Shown one piece after another: positions 25,824 through 34,893 of a stretch of DNA of 64,000 nucleotides. Origin of the DNA: an uncultured Enterobacterales bacterium (GTDB taxonomy: Bacteria > Myxococcota_A > UBA796 > CAJQPC01); contig CAZRYF010000001.1 of the NCBI GenBank assembly GCA_964604165.1, forward strand, positions 55,481 to 119,480, written 5' to 3'. The position numbers and the translations under genes are program-made. Every line of letters starts with the position of its first letter. The first letter of the stretch is position 1. The notes below the pieces were generated by a model, which made no database searches, was not told the origin of the DNA, and saw only the letters and a list, made by a program, of their open reading frames with translations.

Positions 25824-27730
25824 TCGTCCTCACAAAAGGGTCCGCCCCAGATCACGCCGTTGTTCATCTCGGAGCACTCGTCGTGTTGTCCAGATCCGGT
25901 GCCGTCATCATCCACGACCAGCCACAAGCTGCTCGCATCCGTCAGGTCGTCTGCATCCACCTCGAACACAACGGTCTCGCTGGTCCAGCCCGCATCGAGG
26001 CCGCCAGCAATGGAGGCGGTGGCGACAAGCCGGTCGGCGCCGTTCACCGTGGCGTACAAAGCGAGGGGGGCCCACCCGGTGGCCTGGTCAATGCCTCGGT
26101 TGATGGCCCGGGCGGAGACGTACACAAGGCCGGCCTCGCACTCCGCGCAGACATCAATGATCTCCCCGGTAAAGTCCACGCCGTCGGCGTTTGACCCGGC
26201 GTCTCTGCTGGGGGCTGCATGCCAGGTGTTGTAGGACCGGAAGTTCGGCGTGGCGGTCGTCGGGACGGTGAGGTCGTCATCGATGTTGGTGATGCCGTAA
26301 GCATGCTGGTTCCATACCTTGCGCGTACTTGCCCAGGAGTCATTGGCATCGCCAAACACGGTCATCGCGGCGCTGTAGCCGTCGTGGCACACCAGGATCT
26401 CCGCGTGTCCGTCCGCATCCACATCCGCGATCACCGGGTAGTCAAACATGGTGGCGGAGGCGTGGTTGGGGGTCTGGTACTTGACGGTTCCTGTCGCCCC
26501 TTCGTAGGCCACCATCTGGATCTCGTCGATGTAGACCACCTCGAGATCTCCGTCGCCCTCAAAGTCAAAGATCGATGCCCCCGTGGCCCCGCTTTCATCT
26601 TGTACCGTGGCTTGCCAGAGTACGGTCCCATCGTGGTTCAAGGTCCACAGGGTGTTGCCGCCCGCCACCACGATCTCCACCTGCCCGTCTCCGTCCAGGT
26701 CGGCGATCGCCGGTGGGGAGAGGATGTTCGCCCCTGGAATGGGGTTGGGCCCCCAGAGGATCGAGCCGTCGGTGTCCACGGCCCGAACGTCCGCGTGGGA
26801 GACCATGACGGCCTCCCCCTCCACGTCGGCATCCAGGTTGGCCACGGCGACCATCGCATCCTGTTGCATGGGTTGGTAGACCAGCGCGACCCCCTCTGGG
26901 CTGTACATGGCGTTGCCCACGATGACTTCCTCCACCCCATCCAGATCCAGGTCGGCCACGGCCGGCACGGATGCCTCGGAGAGGGTGTACTGGCCGAAGG
27001 TGGTGATGCCGTAGGAGCCCCGGCCGTGTGCGCCCACTCCCCGGGTGCTGCCATCGGCGTTCAGAATCACCCGTCCGGCTATGATCTCCACGTGGCCGTC
27101 GTGATCCATGTCGGAGATCACCGGGGCCGTGGCATAGTCAAAGTCCAGTCCCACAAAGTGGTCGGACTCCCAGAGGAGAAAGCCCGCGTTGTTGAAGAGC
27201 TTGATGGTGTAGTCGCCCACGGCCATGAGGGAGTTTGCGTACTCGTTCACCACGACGATGTCCGGGTTGCCGTCTCCGGTGACATCGCCCACCGCGGCGG
27301 GAGAACCGTAGCCCGCGGCGGCTGAGAGCGTCATGACGAGACCGGAGCCGTCGCCTCGGTAGACCCGAATGGTTCCGGTTCCGATTCCATAGCCCTCGTT
27401 GACCAGGACTTCTGGAAGCCCGTCACCATCCAGGTCGGCCACCACAGGCATGGCCATGCAGCCGACATTGCCGGCCTCCCACTCCACCACGGGGGTAAAG
27501 CCGCCGGTCTCGCCGGAAGCGCAGTTGTCTCCTTTACCCACATCTTCGGCTGTGGGTTCCTCCAGGTCGCACTCCTCGGGGACCTCCGGGGGTTCATAGG
27601 GCTCGCCGGTGTCCGTGGGTTCCCCGGGGGTGGTGACTGGCTTGTCCCTGCCCTTCAAATTGTAGTCAGTGCAGCCGGCTTGCAGGCCAAGGAACAACAG
27701 GGAGGAGAAAGCAATCACGGGGCGCTCCAT
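25820..27730 (-). CDS. FG-GAP/VCBS repeat lipoprotein (beta-propeller)
   Basis: Lipobox LQAGC. At least six repeats of the D-x-D-G-D-G type (ADLDGDGLPE, GDVTGDGNPD, SDMDHDGHVE, ADLDLDGVEE, ADLDGDGQVE, FDFEGDGDLE, ADVDADGHAE). Confidence 0.8.
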   Translation of the reverse strand: MERPVIAFSSLLFLGLQAGCTDYNLKGRDKPVTTPGEPTDTGEPYEPPEVPEECDLEEPTAEDVGKGDNCASGETGGFTPVVEWEAGNVGCMAMPVVADLDGDGLPEVLVNEGYGIGTGTIRVYRGDGSGLVMTLSAAAGYGSPAAVGDVTGDGNPDIVVVNEYANSLMAVGDYTIKLFNNAGFLLWESDHFVGLDFDYATAPVISDMDHDGHVEIIAGRVILNADGSTRGVGAHGRGSYGITTFGQYTLSEASVPAVADLDLDGVEEVIVGNAMYSPEGVALVYQPMQQDAMVAVANLDADVEGEAVMVSHADVRAVDTDGSILWGPNPIPGANILSPPAIADLDGDGQVEIVVAGGNTLWTLNHDGTVLWQATVQDESGATGASIFDFEGDGDLEVVYIDEIQMVAYEGATGTVKYQTPNHASATMFDYPVIADVDADGHAEILVCHDGYSAAMTVFGDANDSWASTRKVWNQHAYGITNIDDDLTVPTTATPNFRSYNTWHAAPSRDAGSNADGVDFTGEIIDVCAECEAGLVYVSARAINRGIDQATGWAPLALYATVNGADRLVATASIAGGLDAGWTSETVVFEVDADDLTDASSLWLVVDDDGTGSGQHDECSEMNNGVIWGGPFCEDE

Positions 27731-27776
27731 ACGGATTCCGCCGCCTTATAGCGCCTTTTTGGCTGGGTTTGCAGGA

Positions 27777-28568
27777 CTATTTTCGCTTGGTTTCGTGGAC
27801 CCGCACGTCCATGATTCGGCCGTAACGGTCATAGAGCGTGGCTTTGTCGTAGCTGTTGTTCCAAACCGGCGTGGGAGAGCCCAGAAAGACCGTGAGCTGT
27901 TCTCGGGGATCGGTCTGGTGCACGCCTTCACCGGAGTGGATTCGAATGGTGTGCCCCGGCGGAATGGTCAGCGCTGGCATGACCCACCGATCCCCCGAGG
28001 CATCATTCAAGGCGTATCCCTCCAGGTTCAGCGGGTGGTTTGTGATGTTGCAGACGCGGAGGTACTCGCCGTTGACGTTTTCTCTGTCGTCGCCGGCGGC
28101 GTTGGCGTGAAAGGAGGTCATGTGCAGATCACCGCGGTAGCCTTCGGTGCTCCAGATCCCCCGGCGGGCTCGCTGGGCCCTTTCCTGGGCGGCCAGGAGG
28201 GCCGAAACATCCAGTTCCTCGTCCACGGGAGGTATCAGGAAGAGATGTGCCAGCCCCAAGCTCAGAAGGTGCTCCGAGAGCTGCTTGCCGTCGACCGAGG
28301 CGCCCGCCACGATCCGACCATACCCATCCCGCTCGGTGGCTCCCGTGTGCAAAAGCACCGTGCCACTGGAGAGAAAGGCCTGGGTCGCGTCCCGGCCCTC
28401 CACGGCGTAGGGCTCGGAGGGGGACAACTCCGGGGTGTTGACCGAGGAAAGGCGCACCTTCTCCCCGGTGGAGAGCGTAAAAGTGTCGCCATCGTACACG
28501 TTGGTGACGACGACCTCGCGGGGGCTGCCGGCCAGGGCGGAAGCAAAGAGTAGAAGCGTAAGATTCAT
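27777..28568 (-). CDS. Secreted staphylococcal-nuclease (SNase/thermonuclease) domain fused to a lamin-tail domain (LTD)
   Basis: Signal peptide. SNase core VTNVYDGDTFTL...VRLSSVNTPE...GRD...RDGYGRIVA. C-terminal LTD-like EYLRVCNITNHPLNLEGYALNDASGDRW...IPPGHTIRIHSG. Confidence 0.75.
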   Translation of the reverse strand: MNLTLLLFASALAGSPREVVVTNVYDGDTFTLSTGEKVRLSSVNTPELSPSEPYAVEGRDATQAFLSSGTVLLHTGATERDGYGRIVAGASVDGKQLSEHLLSLGLAHLFLIPPVDEELDVSALLAAQERAQRARRGIWSTEGYRGDLHMTSFHANAAGDDRENVNGEYLRVCNITNHPLNLEGYALNDASGDRWVMPALTIPPGHTIRIHSGEGVHQTDPREQLTVFLGSPTPVWNNSYDKATLYDRYGRIMDVRVHETKRK

Positions 28569-30583
28569 GGCGATTGGGTGGTGGCCAGGGCATCCAGCCG
28601 ACGGAATTGCCAGAGGTGGTACAGCATCTCCGGAGAGTATCGGGCGGCCTTCCAGGAGGCTTCCCGCGCCGCCTTGTAGTTCCCCAGACCCACTTGCACC
28701 ACCGCGAGCGTGTCCAGGAAATCCGACCGGTGGGGGTCTTGCTCCAGTGCCTGTTCAATGAAATGGAGCGCCTGTTCCAACTCAGACTGCGCCATGCCCC
28801 GGTACCACGCCTCGCAGTTTGCCTTTGAGGTCTTGGCCTCGACGGGGTCGCAGTCCCTCTTCAGGCCTTCTTCCATGGCACGTCTTGCGCCTGTTGGATC
28901 TCCATGGAGCATGAGCGCGGCTGAGATGAAGTCGTGGGGGAGGGACTCGTGGTGTAGCCGGTTCTTCGCCCGCTCCAGGTCTGCGAGGAAGGTGCCTGCC
29001 AGCTCGGGCAGTGCCGCAGCGAGCAACCCGTAGGACCAGAGGGCGTATCCATCGGTTGGATAGAGGTCCAGGCGCCGCCGCAAGTGGGCTACCGCGGCAT
29101 AGGCATCCCCCTCTGCGAGGGCCAGCTGCGCTCGGCGGTGCAGAAAAGCGTCCGGGTTCTCCCGCAGTTGAGAGGCCCGCCGCAAGGCCGCCCCTGCGTT
29201 TTCGGTTTTGCCTGTGGCCATGGCCACATCGGCGAGGGCAATGTAGGCAATCGCGTCGTTGGGGCGGGCGTCCCGCGCAGCGTGGGCCAGGCGCTCCGCT
29301 GCCTCCAATTGTTCCGCCAGCACGAGGGAGTTGACCGAAGCGAGGATTTCTCCGTGATCGACCAGGTCGCCTGCCCCGACTGCAGCGGTATTGGCAAGGG
29401 CCTGGTGGAAGCGGCCACCGCTCCTCAAGAGGAGGGTCAGGGTGATCAGGGCTTCTGCATCTTGGGAGTGAACGTCCAGGTATGCGCTTAGATCGTCCAG
29501 GGCGTCGTCATAGTGGGCCTGGGCCAGGTGCATGCGGGCGCGAAAGAGTCCTCGGTCCGGGTCCTGTCCGTACCGCTTGAGGTCCTGCTCCAGCAGCACC
29601 TGGTGACCGTCCAACTGCCGGGCCTTTCGGTGGGAGGGCAGAAGCGCGAACTGCTGGCCTGGGAAGTCAATGATGACCCGGTGGTTGGAGAGCACCGCGT
29701 GCCCCAGGAGGCCCGTGAGGCGCGGGGGTCCTATACGCTGTTGGTTCTTGTAGTTCAGCCAGGTGGCGGATCCAGGGGACTCCACCACCGCGCCCCCGAG
29801 CTCCACGCGCACGATGGGGACCCTTCGGGTCTCTCGATAGAATGCGGACAGGGGCACATCTTCCGAGGCCCCGATGCCGAAGATCGGCTCCTGTCCCTCC
29901 CTTGCCAGCACCTCAAAACCCTCTCCGGTTGAGCCTGACAAGAGGATTCTGCGTGCGCCTGTGTCCAGCTCCAGGTGAAGTGAGCGGCTGACCTGAACCT
30001 CGCCGCCCAGTCCCGCATGAAGGGTCACTGGCACCAGGACATGCTGGCCGTCGAAGGTCATGGGAACCGCGGCGTCGGGCAGTCGAATGGACCCGGGACG
30101 ACCAAGTTCGAGGACATCCGCCTGGTAGTCAATGACCATCACCAACCCCGCCCAGACGTTGTTTCCCAGGATCCCGTCGATAGGCATCCAGCCGGCATGA
30201 GAAGGAAGTCCCGGCACACCAATGGCCACCTCCACATCCCGAACCTCCAGTCCTCCAAGGGAAATGCTGGAGAGCAACCCTTCCACCAGGGCAGACTGTC
30301 CCCCCAAACCTGAGAGGGTGCTGTTCGACATTTTGCCAGTGATTCCCAGCCGTTCAGCGAGGGCGCTCGAGATCGCGGAGATGCCCGCGCCTGTGTCCAC
30401 CAGGAAAATCCCCTTTTCGCCGTTGGGAAGAAGCGCTTGGATGTAGAGCTTCTCCGCTCCGGGCGCGGAACGAAGCAGGTCGAGTGTGACCCGGTCCCTT
30501 GTCTTCTCCCCCGGCGTGTGGACTCCTGCACAGGCGGAGAAGATCCACAGGGTGAGGCAGGCGAAAAGAAGACGGGAACGCAT
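28565..30583 (-). CDS. Lipoprotein with two retropepsin-like aspartyl protease lobes plus C-terminal TPR repeats
   Basis: Start at MRSRLLFACLTLWIFSAC (lipobox). Two D-T-G-A motifs (FLVDTGAGIS at aa 63, LELDTGARRI at aa 207). C-terminal half is TPR-like. The ORF-track 5' extension to 30937 was rejected. Confidence 0.7.
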   Translation of the reverse strand: MRSRLLFACLTLWIFSACAGVHTPGEKTRDRVTLDLLRSAPGAEKLYIQALLPNGEKGIFLVDTGAGISAISSALAERLGITGKMSNSTLSGLGGQSALVEGLLSSISLGGLEVRDVEVAIGVPGLPSHAGWMPIDGILGNNVWAGLVMVIDYQADVLELGRPGSIRLPDAAVPMTFDGQHVLVPVTLHAGLGGEVQVSRSLHLELDTGARRILLSGSTGEGFEVLAREGQEPIFGIGASEDVPLSAFYRETRRVPIVRVELGGAVVESPGSATWLNYKNQQRIGPPRLTGLLGHAVLSNHRVIIDFPGQQFALLPSHRKARQLDGHQVLLEQDLKRYGQDPDRGLFRARMHLAQAHYDDALDDLSAYLDVHSQDAEALITLTLLLRSGGRFHQALANTAAVGAGDLVDHGEILASVNSLVLAEQLEAAERLAHAARDARPNDAIAYIALADVAMATGKTENAGAALRRASQLRENPDAFLHRRAQLALAEGDAYAAVAHLRRRLDLYPTDGYALWSYGLLAAALPELAGTFLADLERAKNRLHHESLPHDFISAALMLHGDPTGARRAMEEGLKRDCDPVEAKTSKANCEAWYRGMAQSELEQALHFIEQALEQDPHRSDFLDTLAVVQVGLGNYKAAREASWKAARYSPEMLYHLWQFRRLDALATTQSP

Positions 30584-30689
30584 GGGGCTCCGTGGAGACG
30601 GGAGGGATAACCCGCCCCTCGGGATGGAGGTTCCCTGGACCGGGAAACCAATGCCGGCGGCGGGCGTTATGAGCGTGGCAGGAGGTTCC

Positions 30690-32963
30690 ATGATTGGGAT
30701 CACGTTGTCCTTGTTCTCCTTTGCTCTCGCCCAAGACGGTGATTCCTCAGAACGGGTGGCACCCACCGTTCGGGAAGAGGCCGTTCCTGTAGACGGCTCG
30801 TTGGATGCAGCCCGGGTCGAATTGGAGGCCCTTCGAGAGGCGGCCTCGTTGTCGGGCCAGGCGTCTGGAGCATTGCAGGCGCTTTTGGAGAGCTCCGCAG
30901 CGCTTCTGGATGACCGGGAAGCTTCGGCGGATCGCAAGGCAGCTGCAAAGGCATTGGCGGAGGCAGGGGATGAGCAGGCGATTCCCTTTCTGAGAGCCGC
31001 TGCGATGTCACGGGATCCCGGCCTTCAGCTGTCGGCGCTGCGGGCAATGCAGTCCTTTTCGCCCCGGGAGGCAGCCAGCTTGAGCGCAGCCGTTGCCACG
31101 GGAGGGTTCGGACCGGGCCTCACGGAAGAAGCGATCTCCCTGCTGAAAGCGCAGCAACACCCGGAGGCTGCTCTGCGTCTCTGGGCCATGGCCGGAAAGG
31201 AAGCGGGAGGGAACCGTCTGCGGGCAGAAGCGCTGGCTGCCTTGCGGGAGAGCTATCCGGAGTTTTTGGCAGAAAAGGGCGATCCCCAGGGGGTTCGGGG
31301 AGTCTTTGGTTCGATCGCGGCCACGGCCGCAAATGGCGTGGCGGGCGGATTTGCGCTGCACAGCGTGGGGGCCTGGGGGAAGACCGAGGCTGGAGAGGTG
31401 ATCGGCGGCATTGGGGGTTCGGTGATTGGTGTGGGCACGGGGGCTCTGTACGCCATTCAGGCCCCGGTCTCAGATGGCCAGGGCTTGTACTACGCCAGTG
31501 GAATCGCCACGGGCCTCACAGCAGGGACCCTCGCGGGATTCGCCGTGTCGGGTGAGCAATACGGAGAAGACCGCCGCAACCTGGAGGCCGCCCTTCGTCT
31601 TGCTGGACTGGGCGCTGGGGGTTGGTACACCTTCCACAATCTGGACCGCAACCCATCCGTGTCGGATGTACTTGAAATGGATGGAGCCACCTACCTGGGC
31701 GCTCAGCTTGCGGTGGGAATTGCTGATCTTGTACGGGACCACAAGTACCCGGAGGACCTCTGGATGGATGACGCGGAGCACTCGGATGCTGAGTGGGATG
31801 CGTTCTACCAGGAAGAATTCGAGGCAGCGCACTGGGACAGTGGGGTGGACTCTGCGGTGGCGTTGGCAGGCATGGTTGCCGGATTGGGGGTGGGCCACAG
31901 GCTTGTGGGGGACTGGAACCCGACCACGGCCGACCTCGGGGTGGCGGGGGTTCTTGGGGTGGAAGGAGCGCTGGTGGGAGCGCTGCTTCCACAGGTTCTC
32001 TATGGGGAGGACGGCTGGGACCGGATGGAGGGCACGGCGCGCACGGCCATTCACGCGGCAGCACTTGGAGGTCTGGCGTATGGCCACCACCATGGGGTAG
32101 AGGCCCGGCATGCTGGCATCGGTGCCTTTGGGCTCGGGGTGGGCAATATTCTGGGGATGGGAATCGCGATGCTTAGCGACCCGGAGAATGACAACGAGGC
32201 GCGGGTGGTCTATGCCGGAACACTCCTCGGGGGTGTGGTGGGAACGCCACTGGCTATTCGGGCAGCGGATCACACGAGCTGGAGCGGGGGGGACGTCTCC
32301 ATGATTGGGGTGGGTATGGGCCTTGCCGCCTGGGAGTCGGCAGCCCTGGCGTATGTTGCTGAGGAAAAATGGAATCTCTATGCGGACTCCATCCAGGTGC
32401 CAGGCACCATAGAGACTGCCATTGCAGGTTCGGGATTGGGGTTGGCCATGCTGGCCCACAAGATCGATCCCGATCCCGCCAACATGCTCTTCTTGGGTAC
32501 CTCGACGGCTTGGGGGGCCTACTACGGTGCCCTGCTGCCCATCGCCCTGGATACGGACGGAACGACCCCGGACTACGTGCTCACCATTCTTACAGCCAGC
32601 GATATCGCCCTGGCCGCGGGTGCCTTTGCGGTCTCCAAGAGGGGGTTTTTGGATGCAGGTGACACGCTGCTGCCCCAGTTGGGAGGTGTCGCGGGGGCGA
32701 CCCTTGGTTCCCTGGCGGTGACCCTGGGCACGGAGGACGGACCCGCCATCGCCACCGGGGCTCTGGCAGGCTCGACCCTTGGGATGGTGGGCGGTGGGTT
32801 GTGGACCCGCTCGCGAAAGGCCCGGGGCAAGGAAGCGGTGACGGTGAGGATACCGGTCCCCCGGATGAACGTCCCGGGCTCCTGGGGAATCACCGTGCAG
32901 CCCATGCCCGGGCCCGATGGAGACATCACGCCGTGGCTTGGAATGACGGGGCGGGGGTTCTGA
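30690..32963 (+). CDS. Large polytopic membrane protein: N-terminal HEAT-like repeats, then many Gly-rich TM helices
   Basis: ATG at 30690 preceded by GGAGG. Signal/TM MIGITLSLFSFALA. HEAT/PBS-lyase-like ADRKAAAKALAEAGDEQAIPFLRAAAMSRDPGLQLSALRAM. At least 12 glycine-zipper-like hydrophobic segments. Confidence 0.6.
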   Translation: MIGITLSLFSFALAQDGDSSERVAPTVREEAVPVDGSLDAARVELEALREAASLSGQASGALQALLESSAALLDDREASADRKAAAKALAEAGDEQAIPFLRAAAMSRDPGLQLSALRAMQSFSPREAASLSAAVATGGFGPGLTEEAISLLKAQQHPEAALRLWAMAGKEAGGNRLRAEALAALRESYPEFLAEKGDPQGVRGVFGSIAATAANGVAGGFALHSVGAWGKTEAGEVIGGIGGSVIGVGTGALYAIQAPVSDGQGLYYASGIATGLTAGTLAGFAVSGEQYGEDRRNLEAALRLAGLGAGGWYTFHNLDRNPSVSDVLEMDGATYLGAQLAVGIADLVRDHKYPEDLWMDDAEHSDAEWDAFYQEEFEAAHWDSGVDSAVALAGMVAGLGVGHRLVGDWNPTTADLGVAGVLGVEGALVGALLPQVLYGEDGWDRMEGTARTAIHAAALGGLAYGHHHGVEARHAGIGAFGLGVGNILGMGIAMLSDPENDNEARVVYAGTLLGGVVGTPLAIRAADHTSWSGGDVSMIGVGMGLAAWESAALAYVAEEKWNLYADSIQVPGTIETAIAGSGLGLAMLAHKIDPDPANMLFLGTSTAWGAYYGALLPIALDTDGTTPDYVLTILTASDIALAAGAFAVSKRGFLDAGDTLLPQLGGVAGATLGSLAVTLGTEDGPAIATGALAGSTLGMVGGGLWTRSRKARGKEAVTVRIPVPRMNVPGSWGITVQPMPGPDGDITPWLGMTGRGF

Positions 32964-33074
32964 ACCCGGGCGCCGCTCGCTGCCACGGGGGCTCCAGCCC
33001 CCAGCGCTGGTTCGGACTGTGCACGGGGCGACAGGGGTGAGGTGGGTTTCTCGTGGTCCGTTTCCTTCTCTGGC

Positions 33075-33566
33075 CTACCTCAAGTCCGTTGCGATTTCCC
33101 GCTGGAGGTTCTCAAGCACTCGCTGCCAGCTCGCTTGCAGGGCCTCTCTGGCGATGGCCATGTCCAGCATGGGTCCCAGCAGCCGCCCGGCCTGGTAGTC
33201 GTGGTGCAGGGTCACCATGGTGTTTCCGGCGGGCTTGACGGATCGCAGGGAGAACGTGAGGTCCCCGGCGGTTCGCCTGCCCGACGTCTGGCACCGCACC
33301 CGCCGGCCGCCATGGGCATCATCCGCGCCCAAGAGCTCGTACCCCATGGAACGGGGCAGGGGACCTGCGGTGAAGGAGACCTCCCAGGTGCACTCCCCGG
33401 TCTGCAGCACCCGGTCGAACGCGGCCTCAAGAATGCGGGCCTGGTTCCTGGCCTCGCCAAGCCACGCCATGATGGGGTCACGTCGAATCCCCTCTATGAG
33501 AATGTCTGAGGTCAGTACTGGCACGACAGGCTCCTGGATGCGCGGCGGAATATAGCACGCCCCCAC
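33075..33566 (-). CDS. SRPBCC (polyketide cyclase/START-like) superfamily protein
   Basis: 163-aa ORF of size and pattern consistent with SRPBCC. Exact start uncertain. Confidence 0.45.
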   Translation of the reverse strand: MGACYIPPRIQEPVVPVLTSDILIEGIRRDPIMAWLGEARNQARILEAAFDRVLQTGECTWEVSFTAGPLPRSMGYELLGADDAHGGRRVRCQTSGRRTAGDLTFSLRSVKPAGNTMVTLHHDYQAGRLLGPMLDMAIAREALQASWQRVLENLQREIATDLR

Positions 33567-33580
33567 CTTGGTGATTTCTC

Positions 33581-34414
33581 TTGTCTATCCCCCTTGCAAT
33601 TCCATTTTGGCAGCCTCGGATCTACGAATTGGGTCCGATTCCCCTGGATCCCTGGGCGACCCTGGTCTGCGTGGCCTTTCTGGTGGGACTGGAGATCAGT
33701 CGGGCCCGGGGCCTTCGCCACGGACTGGAGCCGCGAGATGTCGTGGACGGCGCAGTCTTTATCGTGGGAATGGGGTTCTTGGTGGGACACCTGGTCCACG
33801 TCTTGGGGTATCACCCGGAGCAGTATGAAGAGGATGGGATCATGTCTTTGCTCCGAGTCTGGGCGGGATTCTCCTCCATGGGGGGAATGCTCGGAGCGGT
33901 CATAGGTTACGTCCTGTTCTTTCGATTCATCCGAAAACGTGACTTCTGGGCCCATGGCGACAACATCATGTTTGCCTTCCCCTTCGGTTGGTTCTTTGGA
34001 CGTATGGGCTGTTTTTCCGTCCACGACCATGTTGGGCGCCTGACCACCTTTCCCTTGGGCGTGGAGTACCCGGCCAACTGGCTGGCGGCAGGGGACCCTG
34101 GAGGCATTCGCCACGACGTGGGCCTCTACGAGGGCCTGTGGGCCCTGGGAATCGGCCTGGTCTTTTTGTGGCTGGATCGCAAACCCCGACCCGCCGGCTT
34201 TTTCCTCGCCACATGGGCCATGTTGTATGCACCCGTGCGTTTTGGCCTGGACTTCCTTCGAAGCACGGACCTTGGGGTCAACCGTTCCGACATCCGCTAC
34301 CTGGGCCTCACACCCGCCCAGTACCTGGCAATGGCCATGTTCTTGGGGGGGGGCACGATTCTCCTCTGGATGCGTTCGAACACCGGGTCGGAGGAGTCGG
34401 CACTGGAGGAGTGA
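33581..34414 (+). CDS. lgt: Prolipoprotein diacylglyceryl transferase
   Basis: Lgt-like N-terminus (ELGPIPLDPWATLVCVAFLVG), GGMLGA, and GRMGCF in place of the Lgt GR.GNF box. TTG start at 33581 is uncertain. Confidence 0.7.
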   Translation: MSIPLAIPFWQPRIYELGPIPLDPWATLVCVAFLVGLEISRARGLRHGLEPRDVVDGAVFIVGMGFLVGHLVHVLGYHPEQYEEDGIMSLLRVWAGFSSMGGMLGAVIGYVLFFRFIRKRDFWAHGDNIMFAFPFGWFFGRMGCFSVHDHVGRLTTFPLGVEYPANWLAAGDPGGIRHDVGLYEGLWALGIGLVFLWLDRKPRPAGFFLATWAMLYAPVRFGLDFLRSTDLGVNRSDIRYLGLTPAQYLAMAMFLGGGTILLWMRSNTGSEESALEE

Positions 34415-34446
34415 AGGGGATAGGGGAGGCTCGAAACGGAGACACA

Positions 34447-34890
34447 ATGAGCATTCCAGAGACCATTTCCGCCCAATTGAAGGACGCCATGCGGGCCCGC
34501 GACACCGCCCGTCTCTCCGCGCTGCGCATGATCAAGGCCGCGCTGCTGGAGGCAGAGAAGAAGGCCGGTAGCACCCCTGCAGACGACGACTGTGTCGCGG
34601 TGCTGCGCCGCATGCGAAAGCAGCGGGAGGATGCTGCCTCCCAGTACCGGCAAGCGGGTCGCCAGGACCTTGCAGAAGGAGAGGAGGCGGAGATGACGGT
34701 TATCGACGGTTTTCTCCCGCAACTTGCCGATGCAGACACCACCCGTGCTTGGGTTCGCGAGGCCATTGAAAGCTCTGGCGCGACCGCGGCGAACCAGCTT
34801 GGCATGGCCATGGGCGCCTTGATGAAGTCCCACAAAGGAGAGGTGGATGGCGGCCTGGCCCGGTCCATTCTCCAGGAGGAATTGGGGTAG
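34447..34890 (+). CDS. GatB/YqeY domain protein
   Basis: MSIPETISAQLKDAMRARDTARLSALRMIKAALLEAEKK is a typical YqeY N-terminus. 147 aa. Confidence 0.8.
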   Translation: MSIPETISAQLKDAMRARDTARLSALRMIKAALLEAEKKAGSTPADDDCVAVLRRMRKQREDAASQYRQAGRQDLAEGEEAEMTVIDGFLPQLADADTTRAWVREAIESSGATAANQLGMAMGALMKSHKGEVDGGLARSILQEELG

Positions 34891-34893
34891 ACA

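Noticed and set aside
30584-30937. 5' extensions of ORF-track entries: 28565-30937 here, and likewise 40833-44885, 7504-8376, 8096-9361, 11006-12487, 12909-13763, 15748-16512 and 39441-40130.
   Set aside because: In each case an internal start gives a proper signal peptide or a conserved N-terminus, often with an ATGA/GTGA overlap or an SD. The extension either overlaps the neighbouring gene or has non-coding-like composition.
32987-33002. GGGGGC-TCCA-GCCCCC hairpin after the 30690-32963 gene, as a possible terminator.
   Set aside because: The stem is only 6 bp and no U-tract follows, so it is too weak to call.
33289-33303. TGGCACCGCACCCGC on the plus strand, a sigma-54-like -24/-12 spacing. 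A similar case is TGGCACCCGGCCTGT near 37990.
   Set aside because: Both lie inside coding sequences, lack the TTGC -12 element, and have no start codon at a sensible downstream distance.
34345-34353. G9 homopolymer in lgt, as a possible phase-variation tract. Similar tracts: G9 at 14886-14894, and G8/C8 runs near 24688, 25796 and 10455.
   Set aside because: These runs encode Gly or Pro in a high-GC genome and occur in housekeeping genes, including the normally essential lgt. A single sequence gives no evidence of length variation. They are worth checking in the reads only as potential sequencing-error hotspots.
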